Source of the DNA: a virus
Virus genome (UHGV): UHGV-0120322
Strand: one strand, 5' to 3'
DNA length: 16,129 nt
Shown here: positions 1-7,359 of the stretch, in pieces
How the letters are laid out: every line of letters starts with the position of its first letter
Position numbering within the stretch: position 1 is the stretch's first letter
The notes under the pieces: generated by a model
What the model was told of the DNA's origin: nothing
Seen by the model: the letters and a program-made list of their open reading frames with translations, nothing else
The model's database searches: none
Program-made: the position numbers and the translations under genes

Positions 1-34
1 TGGGCCGCAGGTTCGAATCCTGCAGGGCGCGCCA
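1..34 (+). tRNA. argU: 3' end of tRNA-Arg (T-arm and acceptor 3' strand ending GCGCGCCA); partial, window starts inside the gene; prophage attL overlaps it
   Basis: Sequence GGTTCGAATCC (T-loop) followed by acceptor 3' strand and CCA; recognised as the argU 3' end which is the known DLP12 integration site; integrase gene immediately adjacent. Confidence 0.8.
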
Positions 35-49
35 TTACAATTCAATCAG

Positions 50-1213
50 TTACGCCTTCTTTATATCCTCCATAATTCCAGAGTGGGACATATTTGGGAC
101 ATTATCACCAAAAATGTCGTCTATTTTCCTCGCATGCTCTGTCAAATGATTAGGCGCAAGGTGAGCATACCTACGAACCATTTCTATGGACTCCCATCCG
201 CCCATTTCCTGAAGCACTGATAATGGGACGCCTGACTGAATCAGCCAGCTTGCCCAGGTGTGTCTGAGGTCATGGAAACGGAAATCTTCAATTCCTGCAC
301 GACGACAAGCTGATAGCCATGATGTCTTGCTGTCGATGCGCATCTTCCTGACCGCAGGCGTTGATGTTCCATCTGCTCGCTTAGCCGCCTTGGTATGTAC
401 AAACACCCATTTGTGATGCTTGCCTATTTGATCACGCAACACTTTACAGGCGGTATCGTTCAGCGCCACACCAATGGCGCGGTTTGATTTGCTCTCTTCT
501 GGATTCACCCAGGCAACTCGTCGCTGCATGTCGATTTGTTGCCATTCCAGATTTATGATGTTCGACTTTCTCAGACCAGTTGCCAGCGCAAACTTGACGA
601 CAGATTTCAGTGGTTCGGGGCACTCATCAATAAGGCGTTTTGCTTCCTCCTTTTCCAGCCATCTGACTCGCTTGTTTCTGACCGCTGGTATCTTGATGAC
701 AGGCGCTTTTTCCAGCCACTTCCAGTCGCGTTCTGCAGCACGGAGAATAGCCTTTATCATGGCAAGATGCTTTGCCTTTGTCTGAGTTGATACTGGCTTT
801 GGTTCATAAACAGGCAGTTCTTTACCTTTCCTGATGGCGGCCTGAACTTTCTGTTTCCATATTTCTTTCGTCTTTCTGTTATGCATTCTGCTTACAGCAG
901 AGTAAATCTTTGCCTCCGAGATATCTTTAAGCCTTATACCCTCAAAATGTTCAAGCCAGAACTCAATCCGGCTTTTATCTGAATCGAGAGATTTTTTATC
1001 AGCTTTTTCCTCAAGCCATCTTAGGCAGGCCTCTTCAAAAGTGACATCAGGTAAATCCCCTAGCTTTTCTACTCGCCAGAGTTCTGCTTTTCGCTTGTCG
1101 TGCAACTCCTGAGCTTGCCGCTTGTCCTTTGTGCCAAGAGATTCCTTAATTCGTTTCCCGCCCGGGAGCGAATACGAGGCATACCATATTTCATTTCTGC
1201 GGAAGAGTGACAT
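50..1213 (-). CDS. intD: Tyrosine site-specific integrase, P22/DLP12 type (387 aa)
   Basis: 387-aa ORF with C-terminal catalytic motifs (HDLRHTWAS...Y) typical of tyrosine recombinases; located next to tRNA-Arg; recognised as IntD-like. Confidence 0.95.
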   Translation of the reverse strand: MSLFRRNEIWYASYSLPGGKRIKESLGTKDKRQAQELHDKRKAELWRVEKLGDLPDVTFEEACLRWLEEKADKKSLDSDKSRIEFWLEHFEGIRLKDISEAKIYSAVSRMHNRKTKEIWKQKVQAAIRKGKELPVYEPKPVSTQTKAKHLAMIKAILRAAERDWKWLEKAPVIKIPAVRNKRVRWLEKEEAKRLIDECPEPLKSVVKFALATGLRKSNIINLEWQQIDMQRRVAWVNPEESKSNRAIGVALNDTACKVLRDQIGKHHKWVFVHTKAAKRADGTSTPAVRKMRIDSKTSWLSACRRAGIEDFRFHDLRHTWASWLIQSGVPLSVLQEMGGWESIEMVRRYAHLAPNHLTEHARKIDDIFGDNVPNMSHSGIMEDIKKA

Positions 1214-1440
1214 TTTCTTTCCTCTGTTATGCCATCACCCGCGCTCACCTGGACAGTATGCAGCGGAGACTGAAGCGCCGCAATGCAGGCTTGCCGTGTT
1301 GTGAGGTAAGGAGATTTTGGCTTGGTTGGATCTTTACGTGTTGCCTGTAGGCGGCCTGTTCGTATCCAGTTGGTGGCGGTTGGTCTGGATATCTTAAGAA
1401 ACTGACAGGCCTCATCGAGTGTGAGGCTGTATGATTCCAT
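1069..1440 (-). CDS. xis: Excisionase (Xis), P22 type; start taken at [31 protein letters not shown], overlaps the 5' end of int
   Basis: N-terminal helix-turn-helix-like excisionase motif; position directly upstream of int on same strand; frame open to 1069 so 3' end overlaps int by about 145 nt; exact C-terminus uncertain. Confidence 0.6.
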   Translation of the reverse strand: MESYSLTLDEACQFLKISRPTATNWIRTGRLQATRKDPTKPKSPYLTTRQACIAALQSPLHTVQVSAGDGITEERKCHSSAEMKYGMPRIRSRAGNELRNLLAQRTSGKLRSCTTSEKQNSGE

Positions 1441-1690
1441 GGTTACCTCTGCTTTTTGAACGCATGTCACGTAACTTCTTAATGTGTTCTGCCGTTTCGA
1501 TCTCTTCTGCTATCCGATCTGCATCAGCTTTATTCACAGGTTCAAAGTCATGATTAAAGCGGAACATGCTGGCGATACATGTTCTGCCTTTTCGGATGTA
1601 GTGAACTTTGTTGTGGGTAGAACGCAGGATTTTGCAGGGAGTGCCGTGGTGGTCGACGTACCAGGTGTTAGGGTAAATCACTCTGAACAT
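1412..1690 (-). CDS. Hypothetical small phage protein (92 aa)
   Basis: ORF in tight head-to-tail overlap with xis and the upstream gene, typical of phage early-left accessory operons; no family recognised. Confidence 0.5.
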   Translation of the reverse strand: MFRVIYPNTWYVDHHGTPCKILRSTHNKVHYIRKGRTCIASMFRFNHDFEPVNKADADRIAEEIETAEHIKKLRDMRSKSRGNHGIIQPHTR

Positions 1691-2003
1691 TCTTGACCTT
1701 GTGTTGTGCGGATTGATATTCAGTGCTGATATTCACCTTTATAGCGAACACCTTTACCGGTTTATCGCCAAAGTGTGGATGTGTGATTGTCTTCACTTCA
1801 TATCCGTCATACGGAACATCAATTCTGCGACTGGAATCGTCGCGCTTCGGATATCCCTTTGTGATAATCAGGCGGTCATACTCCCGGAACATAATTCGCT
1901 TATTCCAATAGTCATTACACAGGCGATACTCCTCCGTTTTCTCTCCGCGAATCATGGCATCGAAAAATTCACTTTTAACAGGAAGTTGCAGGTTAGCCAT
2001 CAC
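1668..2003 (-). CDS. Hypothetical phage protein (111 aa), possibly ASCH/PUA-like fold
   Basis: ORF with 4-nt ATGA overlap to the upstream TraR-like gene; motif FFDAMIRGEKTEEYR is reminiscent of ASCH-type domains (weak recognition only). Confidence 0.5.
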   Translation of the reverse strand: MMANLQLPVKSEFFDAMIRGEKTEEYRLCNDYWNKRIMFREYDRLIITKGYPKRDDSSRRIDVPYDGYEVKTITHPHFGDKPVKVFAIKVNISTEYQSAQHKVKNVQSDLP

Positions 2004-2221
2004 TTAATCCCCCTTTGTTTGCGGATAAGCTCCAGATCTTGCTGGCAACTGGCGCAAGTTCGACAACCCTGAACGGCTAGGCGTCTTCGTTCATCTATCG
2101 GATCACCACACTCACAACAATGAGTGGCAGATACAGCCAGGTGGTTCAGGCGGCGCATTTTTATTGCTGTGTTGCGCTGTAATTCTTCTATTTCTGATGC
2201 TGAATCAATGATGTCTGCCAT
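2000..2221 (-). CDS. TraR/DksA-family C4 zinc-finger protein (73 aa)
   Basis: CxxC...(17 aa)...CxxC spacing (CCECGDPIDERRRLAVQGCRTCASC) characteristic of TraR/DksA C4 zinc fingers; common in lambdoid early-left regions. Confidence 0.7.
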   Translation of the reverse strand: MADIIDSASEIEELQRNTAIKMRRLNHLAVSATHCCECGDPIDERRRLAVQGCRTCASCQQDLELIRKQRGIK

Positions 2222-2273
2222 CTTCCATTAATCCCTGAATTGTTGGTTAATACGCTTGAGGGTGAATGCGAAC

Positions 2274-2300
2274 AATAAAAAAGGAGCCTGTAGCTCCCTG
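2274..2300 (-). terminator. Candidate intrinsic terminator for leftward transcription (stem GGAGC/GCTCC followed by U-run on minus strand)
   Basis: Minus-strand reading CCTCAGGGAGCTACAGGCTCCTTTTTTATTG: GC-rich hairpin plus T6 tract, in the 98-bp gap between two minus-strand genes. Confidence 0.45.
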
Positions 2301-2319
2301 AGGATTTTGCTTTTCATGT

Positions 2320-2601
2320 TCACCGTTCCTTAAAGGCGCCGTTTAACATACCGATTGCCAGACTTAAATGAGTCGGTGTGAATCCCATCAGCGTTACCGT
2401 TTCGCGGTGCTTCTTCAGTACGCTACGGCAAATGTCATCGACGTTTTTATCCGGAAACTGCTGTCTGGCTTTTTTGATTTCAGAATTAGCCTGACGGGCA
2501 ATGCTGCGAAGGGCGTTTTCCTGCTGAGGTGTCACTGAACAAGCCCCATGTCGGCAAGCATAAGCACACAGAATATGAAGCCCGCTGCCAGAAAAATGCA
2601 T
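2320..2601 (-). CDS. Hypothetical protein at the lambda orf61 position (93 aa from first ATG; true start may be internal)
   Basis: ORF directly downstream of the orf63-like gene; Cys/His-rich N-terminus without clear RBS, so start uncertain (in-frame GTG at codon 23 is an alternative). Confidence 0.45.
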   Translation of the reverse strand: MHFSGSGLHILCAYACRHGACSVTPQQENALRSIARQANSEIKKARQQFPDKNVDDICRSVLKKHRETVTLMGFTPTHLSLAIGMLNGAFKER

Positions 2602-2611
2602 TCAGTGGTTG

Positions 2612-2803
2612 TCATACCTGGTCTCTCTCATCTGCTTCTGCTTTCGCCACCATCATTTCCAGCTTTTGTGAAAGGGATGCGGCTAACGTATGAAATTCTT
2701 CGTCTGTTTCTACTGGTATTGGCACAAACCTGACTCCAATTTGAGCAAGGTTATGTGCCATCTCAATACTCGTTCTTAACTCAACAGGAGATGCTTTGTG
2801 CAT
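2612..2803 (-). CDS. Lambda orf63-like small protein (63 aa)
   Basis: 63-aa ORF with strong SD (GGGAGG 5 nt upstream of ATG); same size and position (second gene downstream of exo) as lambda orf63. Confidence 0.6.
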   Translation of the reverse strand: MHKASPVELRTSIEMAHNLAQIGVRFVPIPVETDEEFHTLAASLSQKLEMMVAKAEADERDQV

Positions 2804-2964
2804 ACCGCCTCCCGTTTATTATTTATCTTCTCAGCCAGCCGCTGTGCTTTCAGTGGATTTCTGATAACAGAAAGGCCGGGAAATACCCAGCCTCGCTTTG
2901 TAACGGAGTAGACGAAAGTGATCGCGCCTACCCGGATATTATCGTGAGGATGCGTCATCGCCAT
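2776..2964 (-). CDS. Lambda orf60a-like small protein (62 aa), start overlaps the 3' end of exo
   Basis: ORF starting 10 nt inside the end of exo with GGGGAG SD-like sequence; position equivalent to lambda orf60a. Confidence 0.4.
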   Translation of the reverse strand: MAMTHPHDNIRVGAITFVYSVTKRGWVFPGLSVIRNPLKAQRLAEKINNKREAVCTKHLLLS

Positions 2965-3635
2965 TGCTCCCCAAATACAAAACCAATTTCAGCCAGTGCC
3001 TCGTCCATTTTTTCGATGAACTCCGGCACCATCTCGTTAAAACTCGCCATGTACTTTTCATCCCGCTCAACCACGACATAATGCAGTCCTTCACGCTTCA
3101 TACGCGGGTCATAGTTGGCAAAGTACCAGGCATCTTTTTGTGTCACCCACATGCTGTACTGCACCTGGGCCATGTAAGCCGATTTTATGGCCTCGAAACC
3201 ACCGAGCCGGAACTTCATGAAATCCCGGGAGGTAAACGGGCATTTCAGTTCAAGGCCGTTGCCGTCACTGCATAAACCATCGGGAGAGCAGGCGGTGCGC
3301 ATACTTTCGTCGCGATAGATGATCGGGGATTCAGTAACATTCACGCCGGAAGTGAACTCAAAGAGGGCTCTGGCGTCGTTCTCGTACTGTTTTCCCCAGG
3401 CCAGCGCCTTAGCGTTAACTTCCGGAGCCACACCGGTGCAAACCTCGGCAAGCAGGGTGTGGAAGTAGGACATTTTCATGTCAGGCCACTTCTTTCCGGA
3501 GCGGGGTTTTGCTATCACATTGTGAACTTCTGAAGCGGTGATGACGCCGAGCCGTAATTTGTGCCATGCATCATCCCCCTGTTCGACAGCTCTCACGTCG
3601 ATCCCGGTACGCTGCAGGATAATGTCCGGTGTCAT
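2955..3635 (-). CDS. exo: Lambda exonuclease, Red-alpha (226 aa), full length
   Basis: Translation [40 protein letters not shown]... recognised as essentially identical to phage lambda Exo over its full length. Confidence 0.97.
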   Translation of the reverse strand: MTPDIILQRTGIDVRAVEQGDDAWHKLRLGVITASEVHNVIAKPRSGKKWPDMKMSYFHTLLAEVCTGVAPEVNAKALAWGKQYENDARALFEFTSGVNVTESPIIYRDESMRTACSPDGLCSDGNGLELKCPFTSRDFMKFRLGGFEAIKSAYMAQVQYSMWVTQKDAWYFANYDPRMKREGLHYVVVERDEKYMASFNEMVPEFIEKMDEALAEIGFVFGEQWR

Positions 3636-4417
3636 GCTGCCACCTTCTGCTCAGTGGCTTTCTGTTTCAGGAATCCAAGAGCTTTCACTGCTTCGGCCTG
3701 TGTCAGTTCTGACGATGCGCGAATGTCGCGGCGAAATATCTGGGAACAGAGCGGCAATAAGTCGTCATCCCATGTTTTATCCAGGGCGATCAGCAGAGTG
3801 TTAATTTCCTGCATGGTTTCATCGTTAACCGGAGTGATGTCGCGTTCCGGCTGACGTTCTGCAGTGTATGCGGTATTTTCGACAATGCGCTCGGCTTCAT
3901 CCTTGTCATAGATACCCGCAAATCCGAAGGCCAGACGGGCACACTGAATCATGGCTTTATGCCGTAACATCCGTTTGGGATGCGACTGCCACGGTCCGGT
4001 GATTTCTCTGCCTTCGCGGGTTTTGAATGGTTCGCGGCGGCATTCATCCATCCACTCGGTAACGCAGATCGGATGATTGCGGTCTTTGCGGTAAATCCGG
4101 CATGTGCAGGATTCGTTGTCCTGTTCAAAGTTCATGCCGTCAAACTGCTGGTTTTCGTTGATGATGCGGGACCAGCCATCAACGCCCACCACCGGAACGA
4201 TGCCGTTCTGCTTATCAGGGAAGGCGTAAATTTCTTTCGTCCACGGATTAAGGCCGTACTGGTTGGCGACGATCAACAATGCGATGAACTGCGCATCGCT
4301 GGCATCACCTTTAAATGCCGTCTGGCGAAGAGTGGTGATCAGTTCCTGTGGGTCGACAGAATCCATGCCGACACGTTCAGCCAGCTTCCCAGCCAGCGTT
4401 GCGAGTGCTGTACTCAT
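3632..4417 (-). CDS. bet: Lambda Bet, Red-beta single-strand annealing protein (261 aa), full length
   Basis: Translation [59 protein letters not shown]... recognised as lambda Bet; ATGA overlap with exo. Confidence 0.97.
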   Translation of the reverse strand: MSTALATLAGKLAERVGMDSVDPQELITTLRQTAFKGDASDAQFIALLIVANQYGLNPWTKEIYAFPDKQNGIVPVVGVDGWSRIINENQQFDGMNFEQDNESCTCRIYRKDRNHPICVTEWMDECRREPFKTREGREITGPWQSHPKRMLRHKAMIQCARLAFGFAGIYDKDEAERIVENTAYTAERQPERDITPVNDETMQEINTLLIALDKTWDDDLLPLCSQIFRRDIRASSELTQAEAVKALGFLKQKATEQKVAA

Positions 4418-4422
4418 CCGTT

Positions 4423-4533
4423 TTATACCTCTGAATCAATATCAACCTGGTGGTGAGCAATGGTTTCAACCATGTACCGGATGTGTTCTGCCATGCGCTC
4501 CTGAAACTCAACATCGTCATCAAACGCACGGGT
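4423..4533 (-). pseudogene. gam: gam fragment: only the C-terminal ~36 codons of lambda Gam ([36 protein letters not shown]) are present
   Basis: C-terminal 36 aa match lambda Gam; the N-terminal 48 aa of the 84-aa ORF (4423..4677) are unrelated and encoded antisense to P; junction at about 4531-4534. Confidence 0.85.
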
Positions 4534-5137
4534 ACAACAGGTAGCGCAGATCATCAATGGTGTGTTCAGCCAGTTACTGGCAACTTTCCCGGCGAGCCTG
4601 GCTAACCGGGACCAGAACGAACTGAACGAAATCCGCCGCCAGTGGGTTCTGGCTTTCCGGGAAAACGGGATCACCACGATGGAACAGGTTAACGCAGGAA
4701 TGCGCGTAGCCCGTCGGCAGAATCGACCATTCCTGCCATCACCCGGGCAGTTTGTTGCCTGGTGCCGGGAAGAAGCATCCGTTACCGCCGGGCTGCCAAA
4801 CGCCAGCGAGCTGGTTGATATGGTTTACGAGTATTGCCGGAAACGTGGCCTGTATCCAGATGCAGAGTCTTATCCGTGGAAATCAAACGCGCACTACTGG
4901 CTGGTTACCAACCTGTATCAGAACATGCGGGCCAATGCGCTGACTGATGCGGAATTACGGCGCAAGGCTGCCGATGAACTGGCCTGTATGACAGCGCGAA
5001 TTAACCGTGGTGAGGCGATACCTGAACCAGTAAAACAACTTCCTGTCATGGGCGGGAGACCGCTTAATCGTGTTCAGGCTCTGGCGAAGATCGCAGAAAT
5101 CAAAGCGAAGTTTGGGCTGAAAGGAGCAAGTGTATGA
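4532..5137 (+). pseudogene. peaD: Replication protein P, 5'-truncated (lacks about the first 30-40 codons and its own start/RBS); equivalent to peaD of DLP12
   Basis: Frame translates as [30 protein letters not shown]...KAKFGLKGASV, matching lambda P from about residue 33 to the C-terminus; no ATG or SD at the 5' end. Confidence 0.9.
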
Positions 5138-5427
5138 CGGGCAAAGAGGCAATTATTCATTACCTGGGGACTCATAAGAACTTCTGTGCGCAGGACGTTG
5201 CCGCGGTAACAGGCGCAACAGTAACCAGCATAAATCAGGCTGCGGCTAAAATGGCGCGGGCAGGAATCTTGGTCATTGATGGTAAGGTCTGGCGAACGGT
5301 GTATTACAGATTCGCTACCAGGGAAGAACGGGAAGGAAAGGTGAGCACTAACCTGATTTTTAAGGAGTGTCGCCAGAGTGCCGCGATGAAGCGGGTGTTG
5401 ATGGTTTGGGGGAGGGTAGGGGTATGA
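5134..5427 (+). CDS. ren: Ren (lambda Ren homolog, 97 aa)
   Basis: MTGKEAIIHYLGTH...VTSINQAAAKMARAG...VWRTVYYRFATREEREGK recognised as lambda Ren; ATGA overlap with P stop. Confidence 0.9.
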   Translation: MTGKEAIIHYLGTHKNFCAQDVAAVTGATVTSINQAAAKMARAGILVIDGKVWRTVYYRFATREEREGKVSTNLIFKECRQSAAMKRVLMVWGRVGV

Positions 5428-5624
5428 GCATGATGGATTTCGCAGAAACTAAAAAGGCTATCGACGCCATCACAACCGACTGGTCTATCCGAGGACCGTA
5501 TCACGAAGACGACGGGAAATATTACGCCTTGCTTCGTGGAGAGTGGGTTGGTGGCGGGTATATCGGAAAACGGAAAGCCCTTGATGCCATTCTCGAAAAG
5601 TTAATCCAGGAGGCCGCCCAATGA
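5424..5624 (+). CDS. Hypothetical small phage protein (66 aa), nin-region equivalent
   Basis: ATG with GGGAGGGTAGGGG upstream, ATGA overlap with ren stop; in frame with ORF-track entry 5367..5624. Confidence 0.55.
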   Translation: MSMMDFAETKKAIDAITTDWSIRGPYHEDDGKYYALLRGEWVGGGYIGKRKALDAILEKLIQEAAQ

Positions 5625-5851
5625 GCAACATCGACAAACCAATGACAAACCGTGAACTGGTGGATGCCGCCATTGAATTGGCCGGAGAGTTTTATGCGAT
5701 GCAGGGCTATTCGCATCGTCCTGGCTTCAAGTATTGGCAATCTCCGCACCCGCATGAGCGCCTGTGCTTTGAAATGGCTTGTGTGGCATTCGAAACCATT
5801 CGCGGCTCAGATGTAATGGACGCCGTATCTGAGTTGGAGGATGAAGAATGA
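5621..5851 (+). CDS. Hypothetical small phage protein (76 aa), N-terminus MSNIDK
   Basis: AGGAGG SD 7 nt upstream, ATGA overlaps on both sides (translational coupling). Confidence 0.55.
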   Translation: MSNIDKPMTNRELVDAAIELAGEFYAMQGYSHRPGFKYWQSPHPHERLCFEMACVAFETIRGSDVMDAVSELEDEE

Positions 5852-5964
5852 GCAACATCGACAAACGCGCATTACGTGAAATCGCTGAGGCAGCAGTTGG
5901 TGCACATGAGCGCCTTAGTGTTATGCCGCCTGATGACATTTTCGATATCTCACTGGCAGAATGA
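5848..5964 (+). CDS. Short ORF (38 aa) with MSNIDK N-terminus; probably the N-terminal part of a larger gene interrupted by in-frame TGA at 5962-5964
   Basis: GGAGG SD 7 nt upstream of ATG; same reading frame as the 5965..6261 ORF, which has no SD or ATG of its own. Confidence 0.4.
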   Translation: MSNIDKRALREIAEAAVGAHERLSVMPPDDIFDISLAE

Positions 5965-5991
5965 ACTCAGCTTGATGCAGATATCACTGCC

Positions 5992-6261
5992 TTGAACGCG
6001 CTGAACTCCGCAGCCAACCCAGCCACAGTGCTGGCGCTGCTGGATGAGCTGGAAGCCAAAGACCAGAGGATTGCTGTGCTGACCGAATCGCTCAAGCAGA
6101 CGGTTTCAGGATACAAATCCTGCCTGCGTACCGGACATGAGCGCATTCTTGACCTTGGCGGTGACTGTGACGCGCCCAAAGTGATGATTGCAGGCAATCC
6201 TGACATTCAGCAGGCGCAGAAGCTGATCGCCGCCGCATCCGGTAAAGGAGAGGCATCATGA
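5992..6261 (+). CDS. Hypothetical phage protein, C-terminal part; frame open from 5965 and contiguous with 5848..5964 across a single TGA
   Basis: ORF-track entry with TTG start and no SD; 3' end overlaps the next gene start (ATGA), so it sits in a translationally coupled chain. Confidence 0.5.
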   Translation: MNALNSAANPATVLALLDELEAKDQRIAVLTESLKQTVSGYKSCLRTGHERILDLGGDCDAPKVMIAGNPDIQQAQKLIAAASGKGEAS

Positions 6262-6821
6262 GCACTATTACCAAACAATGGCTGCAGCAGAAAATTGCCG
6301 ACATGGAAGCAGCCAGAGATGAAATCCCGTTCGGTCTGGACGAAGGCGACAGCAACACGCTGGCGGCACTGCGTATCGCGCTGGCATCGCTCGAAGCGGA
6401 GCCTGCCATTCACCGGTGGCGTCGTGTGACCTCTGAGCCATACGGCCCCTATCCTTGGCATTATGGTGATTTTATCGGCTTCTCAAAGCCCGTTGATGGG
6501 ATTGAGGATGAGTATTTTTACTCCGCCCCGCCAGAGCCAGCCAATGCCGAAACCGTAGCCTGGCTGTGGTCACACAGGAAACACCCGAGCGAAGTCACGC
6601 TTGTTCGCCCTGAAGATGATGAGAGAGCGGAGGGTGCTCACTGGTCTGGCTGGAGTTGTCAGGCGCTTTATGCAGCACCGCCAGTTCCGGTATCTGTGCC
6701 CACATTCGAGAAATGGTGTGAGTTGACTGAGCAGAAACCTGTCGGATGGGTGCGTGATGCTATGAAAGAAGCGTATGACGGATGCCGCGACGCCATGCTT
6801 CAGGGTGCCGAAAAAGCCTAG
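6258..6821 (+). CDS. Hypothetical phage protein (187 aa)
   Basis: AAGGAG SD upstream of ATG; ATGA overlap with upstream ORF; no family recognised. Confidence 0.6.
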   Translation: MSTITKQWLQQKIADMEAARDEIPFGLDEGDSNTLAALRIALASLEAEPAIHRWRRVTSEPYGPYPWHYGDFIGFSKPVDGIEDEYFYSAPPEPANAETVAWLWSHRKHPSEVTLVRPEDDERAEGAHWSGWSCQALYAAPPVPVSVPTFEKWCELTEQKPVGWVRDAMKEAYDGCRDAMLQGAEKA

Positions 6822-6833
6822 TCGCCCACCACC

Positions 6834-7064
6834 ATGCAGACCGCGCCAGCCCTAGATTCTTCGCCAAAAATTTCCGAGTCGCCCGTCAGCAACTCTCCGG
6901 TGATTCCGGATGGTTGGGTGCTGGTTCCTAAGGAGCCAACTCCAGAAATGCGTGAGGCGTACCATCAGGCGCAGGAAGAGTGTGAAGATGGCGGTGGATT
7001 ATGGAGCCCAGACCACCAATGGAAGGCCATGATCGCAGCAGCACCGCAGCAGGAGGCGAAGTGA
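6834..7064 (+). CDS. Hypothetical ORF (76 aa) in the same frame as 6258..6821, separated only by a TAG and four sense codons; possibly a 3' extension of that gene
   Basis: No SD upstream of the ATG; same frame as the preceding gene. Confidence 0.4.
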   Translation: MQTAPALDSSPKISESPVSNSPVIPDGWVLVPKEPTPEMREAYHQAQEECEDGGGLWSPDHQWKAMIAAAPQQEAK

Positions 7065-7115
7065 TTATGTCGTGACAGCATAATTGCGATGTCAACGATA
7101 AGCAGAGGTTTGAAA

Positions 7116-7310
7116 ATGAAATCACAATCACCAGTGCAGCATGAAGTTAACATCGACGGCAAAGAGTATGTTGTCACAGTAGTCCAAACCGGCAAGTCAA
7201 CGTGGAGGGCATGGGGAGATTCCTGGGGGCGCCATATAGTCGAAACAGGTTCTAGCGAACATAGCGCGCTTTCTCATTGGAAAGCAAAAGCTTTAGTTAT
7301 GAATGGGTAG
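7116..7310 (+). CDS. Hypothetical small protein (64 aa), start at MKSQSPVQ
   Basis: GAGGT SD 6 nt upstream of ATG at 7116; the earlier ATG at 7089 has no SD. Confidence 0.5.
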   Translation: MKSQSPVQHEVNIDGKEYVVTVVQTGKSTWRAWGDSWGRHIVETGSSEHSALSHWKAKALVMNG

Positions 7311-7333
7311 CGCGGAAACTTTGAAGGTATAAT

Positions 7334-7359
7334 CCCCTCAAATAATCGAGGGGGTTTTT
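7334..7359 (+). terminator. Hairpin CCCCTC-N8-GAGGGG followed by TTTTT; intrinsic terminator or attenuator immediately abutting the next start codon
   Basis: GC-rich 6-bp stem plus T5 run; a perfect TATAAT hexamer sits at 7328-7333 just upstream; the 3' arm doubles as the only SD-like sequence for the 7360 ATG. Confidence 0.5.

Noticed and set aside
474-790. Plus-strand ORFs of 103 and 84 aa inside the integrase gene
   Set aside because: Entirely antisense to a confidently identified integrase; low-complexity Ser/Phe-rich translations typical of antisense frames
1122-1304. 60-aa plus-strand ORF across the int/xis overlap
   Set aside because: Antisense to both int and xis, no RBS
1484-2072. 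Plus-strand ORFs (70, 62, 123 aa) opposite the small leftward accessory genes
   Set aside because: Antisense to a tightly overlapping operon of minus-strand genes with proper starts; hydrophobic junk-like translations
2532-2615. 27-codon hydrophobic minus-strand ORF (MTTTECIFLAAGFIFCVLMLADMGLVQ) overlapping the start of the orf61-position gene
   Set aside because: Very short, weak RBS, overlaps another frame; cannot be supported from sequence alone
2755-3275. Plus-strand ORFs of 108 and 103 aa opposite exo and orf60a
   Set aside because: Antisense to lambda exo, whose identity is certain
3538-4544. Plus-strand ORFs (88, 97, 158, 93 aa) opposite bet and the gam stub
   Set aside because: Antisense to lambda bet; shadow ORFs in a GC-rich gene
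4752-5152. 63-aa plus and 65-aa minus ORFs inside the P fragment
   Set aside because: Alternative frames of the P coding sequence
5304-6461. Several minus-strand ORFs (62-105 aa) opposite the ren/nin-like genes
   Set aside because: All antisense to plus-strand genes that have SD sequences and translational-coupling overlaps
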